From a virus (Duplodnaviria > Caudoviricetes): a stretch of 28,140 nucleotides of DNA. A model generated the notes under the pieces. The model saw only the letters and a list, made by a program, of their open reading frames with translations. It did not search any database and was not told where the DNA came from. Every line of letters starts with the position of its first letter. The first letter of the stretch is position 1. Position numbers and translations under genes: made by a program. The stretch covers positions 1 through 28,140 of IMG/VR virus record IMGVR_UViG_3300025277_000115; one strand, written 5' to 3'. Of the stretch, positions 25,422 to 28,140 are shown one piece after another.

Positions 25422-27274
25422 TTACATTCTCCATAATTATTACCTATTGCAGACTCACATGTGATTGGAAGGTCAGGAGCCCAGCTCGGTGGTGTTGACA
25501 TCACACGCTCCATAACTTGTTGTGCAGTGGCTGCATCTTTTATACTCGCAACACATATATTCTCGTCATGCACTTGCAACACCACTGGGTATCCAGCTTG
25601 GGTGATCGCTGTCGCTTGCTCTGAAACAACTATACGAGCGAGGGCTTGGACGATGTTCTCCACCACCTTGCCCCCGTAGATATTTATCCAGTTAATCTTA
25701 TCGTCGGTGTCGGCAACCTTATTTTTGGTTAGCTTATGGACTTCTCTAGGGTGGGCTAGGTATTGGTAACCATCTTCACCTTGGCACAGCCTATTATACC
25801 TAAGCATCATGCCGTTGGGTAACTCTATTCCATCGGGGGTGTAGGACAGGAAGTCTCTTATGACACCATCCTTACCAGCTACCATGTTGGTAAGCACACC
25901 GTCACATTCTTTCCATAGTCCTTTGATGGCGGCGAACTTGCCACGGTAGTAGTAGACGATGCGCTTGGCTTCGACATCATCTATAAGTGCGGTATCTGTG
26001 TTGCCTGCTATGGATGGACTGCCTCTCCGCAACGTGTCCTCAAACTTCTCTGCCCCCATGCCATATCCTAGCCCAAGGATACAAGTCTTACCAACAAAGC
26101 GGGACACACCTAGGTCACCAGCAAACAACTGGTAGACATCATCACCTTGTCGGAACTGTTCAACCAAATCTGTTTGCTTGGCTAGGAAAGCTAGGATACG
26201 GGCTTCGATTTGTGATGAGTCGCAAGCTATAACCTTGTAGCCTTCGGGCGCAACGATAGCGGAACGTATGGCGTTGCCTTGTCTAGCTGGTAAATTTTGG
26301 AGGTTAAGTTTATCCCCGCCACTGAAACGCCCAGTGTGTGCGCCGTAGTAATTGAGCATGATAGGCAACGGCCCACGCTTGGAAACATCTATCAGACGTT
26401 GAGTCCGTGTCTCCTCGATGGTTGACTTGATACCCATTCTCGCCGCAACGACAGCCGACACCTGTGGGTTATCACTTTCCAGTAGGTCGAGTAGCCCTTT
26501 ATCCGTCTTGGCAAACGCATAAGTCTCCTTGCCTGTGGTCAGGCTTGTCTTCATCGGCACCGTGGCACCTAGTTTCTCAAGTAATTGAGCAAACCTCGGG
26601 TTGGACATAAACACCTTCTTTGCCGCCTCCCTCCCTCCTAGCCCCGCTAGGAGTTGGTCTTTTTTTGCTTTAACCTCTGCAAGATGTTCCTCTAAGTCAA
26701 ACCTGTTAAGCTCGAACGTCGGTTCAGTGTACATCCTGATCGTCTGGTCAATGATCATCAACTCCGATATCGGGAACCCCTGTTTAAGTTTCTTGAACAG
26801 CTTCCACGTTATCTCGCCATCGTTGATGCAGTAGTCACCATAGGTTTTGCGTTGTGCGGGTGTGAAATCCTTGCGGCGTTTACCCTTGGCGTCGATTACA
26901 TCTGTCCCCTTCTCACCTATGTCATAAAACCTAGCCAACATCTTGAGCGAACCCCCAACTGTGGCGTTGTGTCTAGGTCGTGACATTGAGAGGGTGTCGA
27001 ACCAGAACTTAGGCTTAATATCATAAAGCCATGATAGGATTGCCCCATCGAAAGCGGCATTATGGCAAAGTATAGCCTTGTCACTGTAGTCCAACGAGTT
27101 GAGGAACGTGTATACATCGTTGCCGCTGTACCAACAGCCGGGGTCTTCATTGACCTTGACGCTAACACCTATCGTCTCAAACAGGTCGGACCGGACGTAC
27201 TCCTCTGTCGTTATCTTCGACAGGGAGTAGTCCTGATCGTAATACGTTTCAAAGTCGATAGTTACGATGTCCAC
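25418..27274 (-). CDS. Phage family A DNA polymerase with 3'-5' exonuclease and no 5'-3' exonuclease
   Basis: ExoI IDFET, ExoII HNAAFD, ExoIII YCIND; HTGRFSG, NLQNLP, motif A DSSQIEAR, motif B RFVGKTCILGLGYG, motif C QVHDE. GTG start. Confidence 0.96.
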   Translation of the reverse strand: MDIVTIDFETYYDQDYSLSKITTEEYVRSDLFETIGVSVKVNEDPGCWYSGNDVYTFLNSLDYSDKAILCHNAAFDGAILSWLYDIKPKFWFDTLSMSRPRHNATVGGSLKMLARFYDIGEKGTDVIDAKGKRRKDFTPAQRKTYGDYCINDGEITWKLFKKLKQGFPISELMIIDQTIRMYTEPTFELNRFDLEEHLAEVKAKKDQLLAGLGGREAAKKVFMSNPRFAQLLEKLGATVPMKTSLTTGKETYAFAKTDKGLLDLLESDNPQVSAVVAARMGIKSTIEETRTQRLIDVSKRGPLPIMLNYYGAHTGRFSGGDKLNLQNLPARQGNAIRSAIVAPEGYKVIACDSSQIEARILAFLAKQTDLVEQFRQGDDVYQLFAGDLGVSRFVGKTCILGLGYGMGAEKFEDTLRRGSPSIAGNTDTALIDDVEAKRIVYYYRGKFAAIKGLWKECDGVLTNMVAGKDGVIRDFLSYTPDGIELPNGMMLRYNRLCQGEDGYQYLAHPREVHKLTKNKVADTDDKINWINIYGGKVVENIVQALARIVVSEQATAITQAGYPVVLQVHDENICVASIKDAATAQQVMERVMSTPPSWAPDLPITCESAIGNNYGECK

Positions 27275-27702
27275 TATGCACCATCCTCCTTATCCCAGTC
27301 TGCTTCCACTTCCTCCCGTGTACGCTCTGCTACGGGGAGGTCTGCTTCATCTATTATACGGCTTAACATTTCATTTACGTTGAGGGTTTCGTAGGACACA
27401 CCTATTATGTCCTTCGCTTTTTGGGCTGTCCACAATCTAGCCGCTGGTAAATCAGGTTGCTCTTTGCACAACGTATTGAGGAACACCTCAATCCTATCCA
27501 TGCGCTCGTTAGTCTCACGCCATGTTGCGTCACCACTTGAGGTGGCGTTGTTATTTTCCCTGATAGCATCATCGTAGTGGTGCGCCATATGTTGGGCTAA
27601 CTTATGGAACGTGTGTCGTATCCAGCCCAACATATCCTTTTCCCTGTCTGACAGGGAGTCGTGGTCTATCTCATTAAGGATTTTGTGTGGATCAAACGCC
27701 AT
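27274..27702 (-). CDS. Hypothetical protein (142 aa)
   Basis: ATG 27702 overlaps the upstream stop (TAATG), with GAGGGG upstream. Its stop overlaps the polymerase GTG (TAGTG). Confidence 0.75.
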   Translation of the reverse strand: MAFDPHKILNEIDHDSLSDREKDMLGWIRHTFHKLAQHMAHHYDDAIRENNNATSSGDATWRETNERMDRIEVFLNTLCKEQPDLPAARLWTAQKAKDIIGVSYETLNVNEMLSRIIDEADLPVAERTREEVEADWDKEDGA

Positions 27703-28139
27703 TACCAACCCCTCGCTTTTCTTTGTCTTTGTCTTTCGTGTCCACCCACTACCCCAACCTCCTTAAAGTGACAGGTCTGGCATAACAGGAACGCCGCAGA
27801 TACGTCTACGTCTAATAGGCCATCGTCAAACACTGACTCAATATCCCGAACTACCCAAGGGCCGGAACGCACCCCGCACCGACTACAAACTTCCCGTTCA
27901 GCTACTTCTTTAACAGCATTTTTATGGGCGGTGAAACTCCTATGGTATGGTGTGTCACACTGCCGCCGCTTAGCTGAGCATCGCTTACAGCAAGTAGTTA
28001 TCCTACCTATGTAGGCCGGGATAATTTCGTAGTGTTCCTTGCACACTACGCAAGAGACTTCCACCCGTACCCTACGTCCTTCATTACTGCACTCGCGGCT
28101 ACAATAGTTCACGTTCACACGCTTCGCCCAACACGCATA
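27702..28139 (-). CDS. Zn-finger / degenerate HNH endonuclease-like protein, 5' partial
   Basis: Frame is open to the window edge (YACWAKRVNVNYCS...). YCSREC, CVVC, CCKRC, then CSRCG...LLCQTCH as in HNH domains, but without the catalytic His/Asn. Confidence 0.65.
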   Translation of the reverse strand, partial: YACWAKRVNVNYCSRECSNEGRRVRVEVSCVVCKEHYEIIPAYIGRITTCCKRCSAKRRQCDTPYHRSFTAHKNAVKEVAEREVCSRCGVRSGPWVVRDIESVFDDGLLDVDVSAAFLLCQTCHFKEVGVVGGHERQRQRKARGW

Positions 28140-28140
28140 C

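Larger units (their letters stand above)
1..28140. mobile_element. Tailed phage (podovirus-like) genome segment: lysis and virion arm (+) converging with a DNA replication arm (-)
   Basis: Tightly packed, often overlapping ORFs. Endolysin, holin, ejection-type proteins, PolA, VRR-NUC, SNF2 and primase-helicase are present. No host housekeeping genes or att sites are visible. Confidence 0.95.

Overview
This window is a gene-dense segment of a tailed dsDNA bacteriophage or prophage, most likely podovirus-like, with two convergent arms. The + strand (1-17934) carries the end of a lysis cassette (peptidase M15 endolysin, holin-like protein, small membrane ORF). It continues with a tail nozzle-like protein containing three internal beta-rich repeats, a GNAT-like virion protein, and internal virion/ejection proteins, ending in a 2210-aa polyvalent protein with an HExxGH metallopeptidase and a PLxRFG-type region. 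The - strand (28140-17912) is a replication module: degenerate HNH/Zn-finger protein, family A DNA polymerase (Leu762 type), Cas4-like nuclease, VRR-NUC nuclease, SNF2 helicase, SSB-like protein, XRE HTH and primase-DUF927 helicase. The most notable feature is a twin-arginine (Tat)-like signal heading an apparent ~200-aa insertion inside the metallopeptidase domain of the giant protein, with a possible in-frame internal start. Also notable are a Cys-tail/Cys-head pair of ejection-protein genes separated by a small gene, and a sigma70 promoter with a probable leaderless start and a palindromic operator. All family calls come from motifs read by eye, not database searches. No RNA genes, CRISPR array or integrase were seen.
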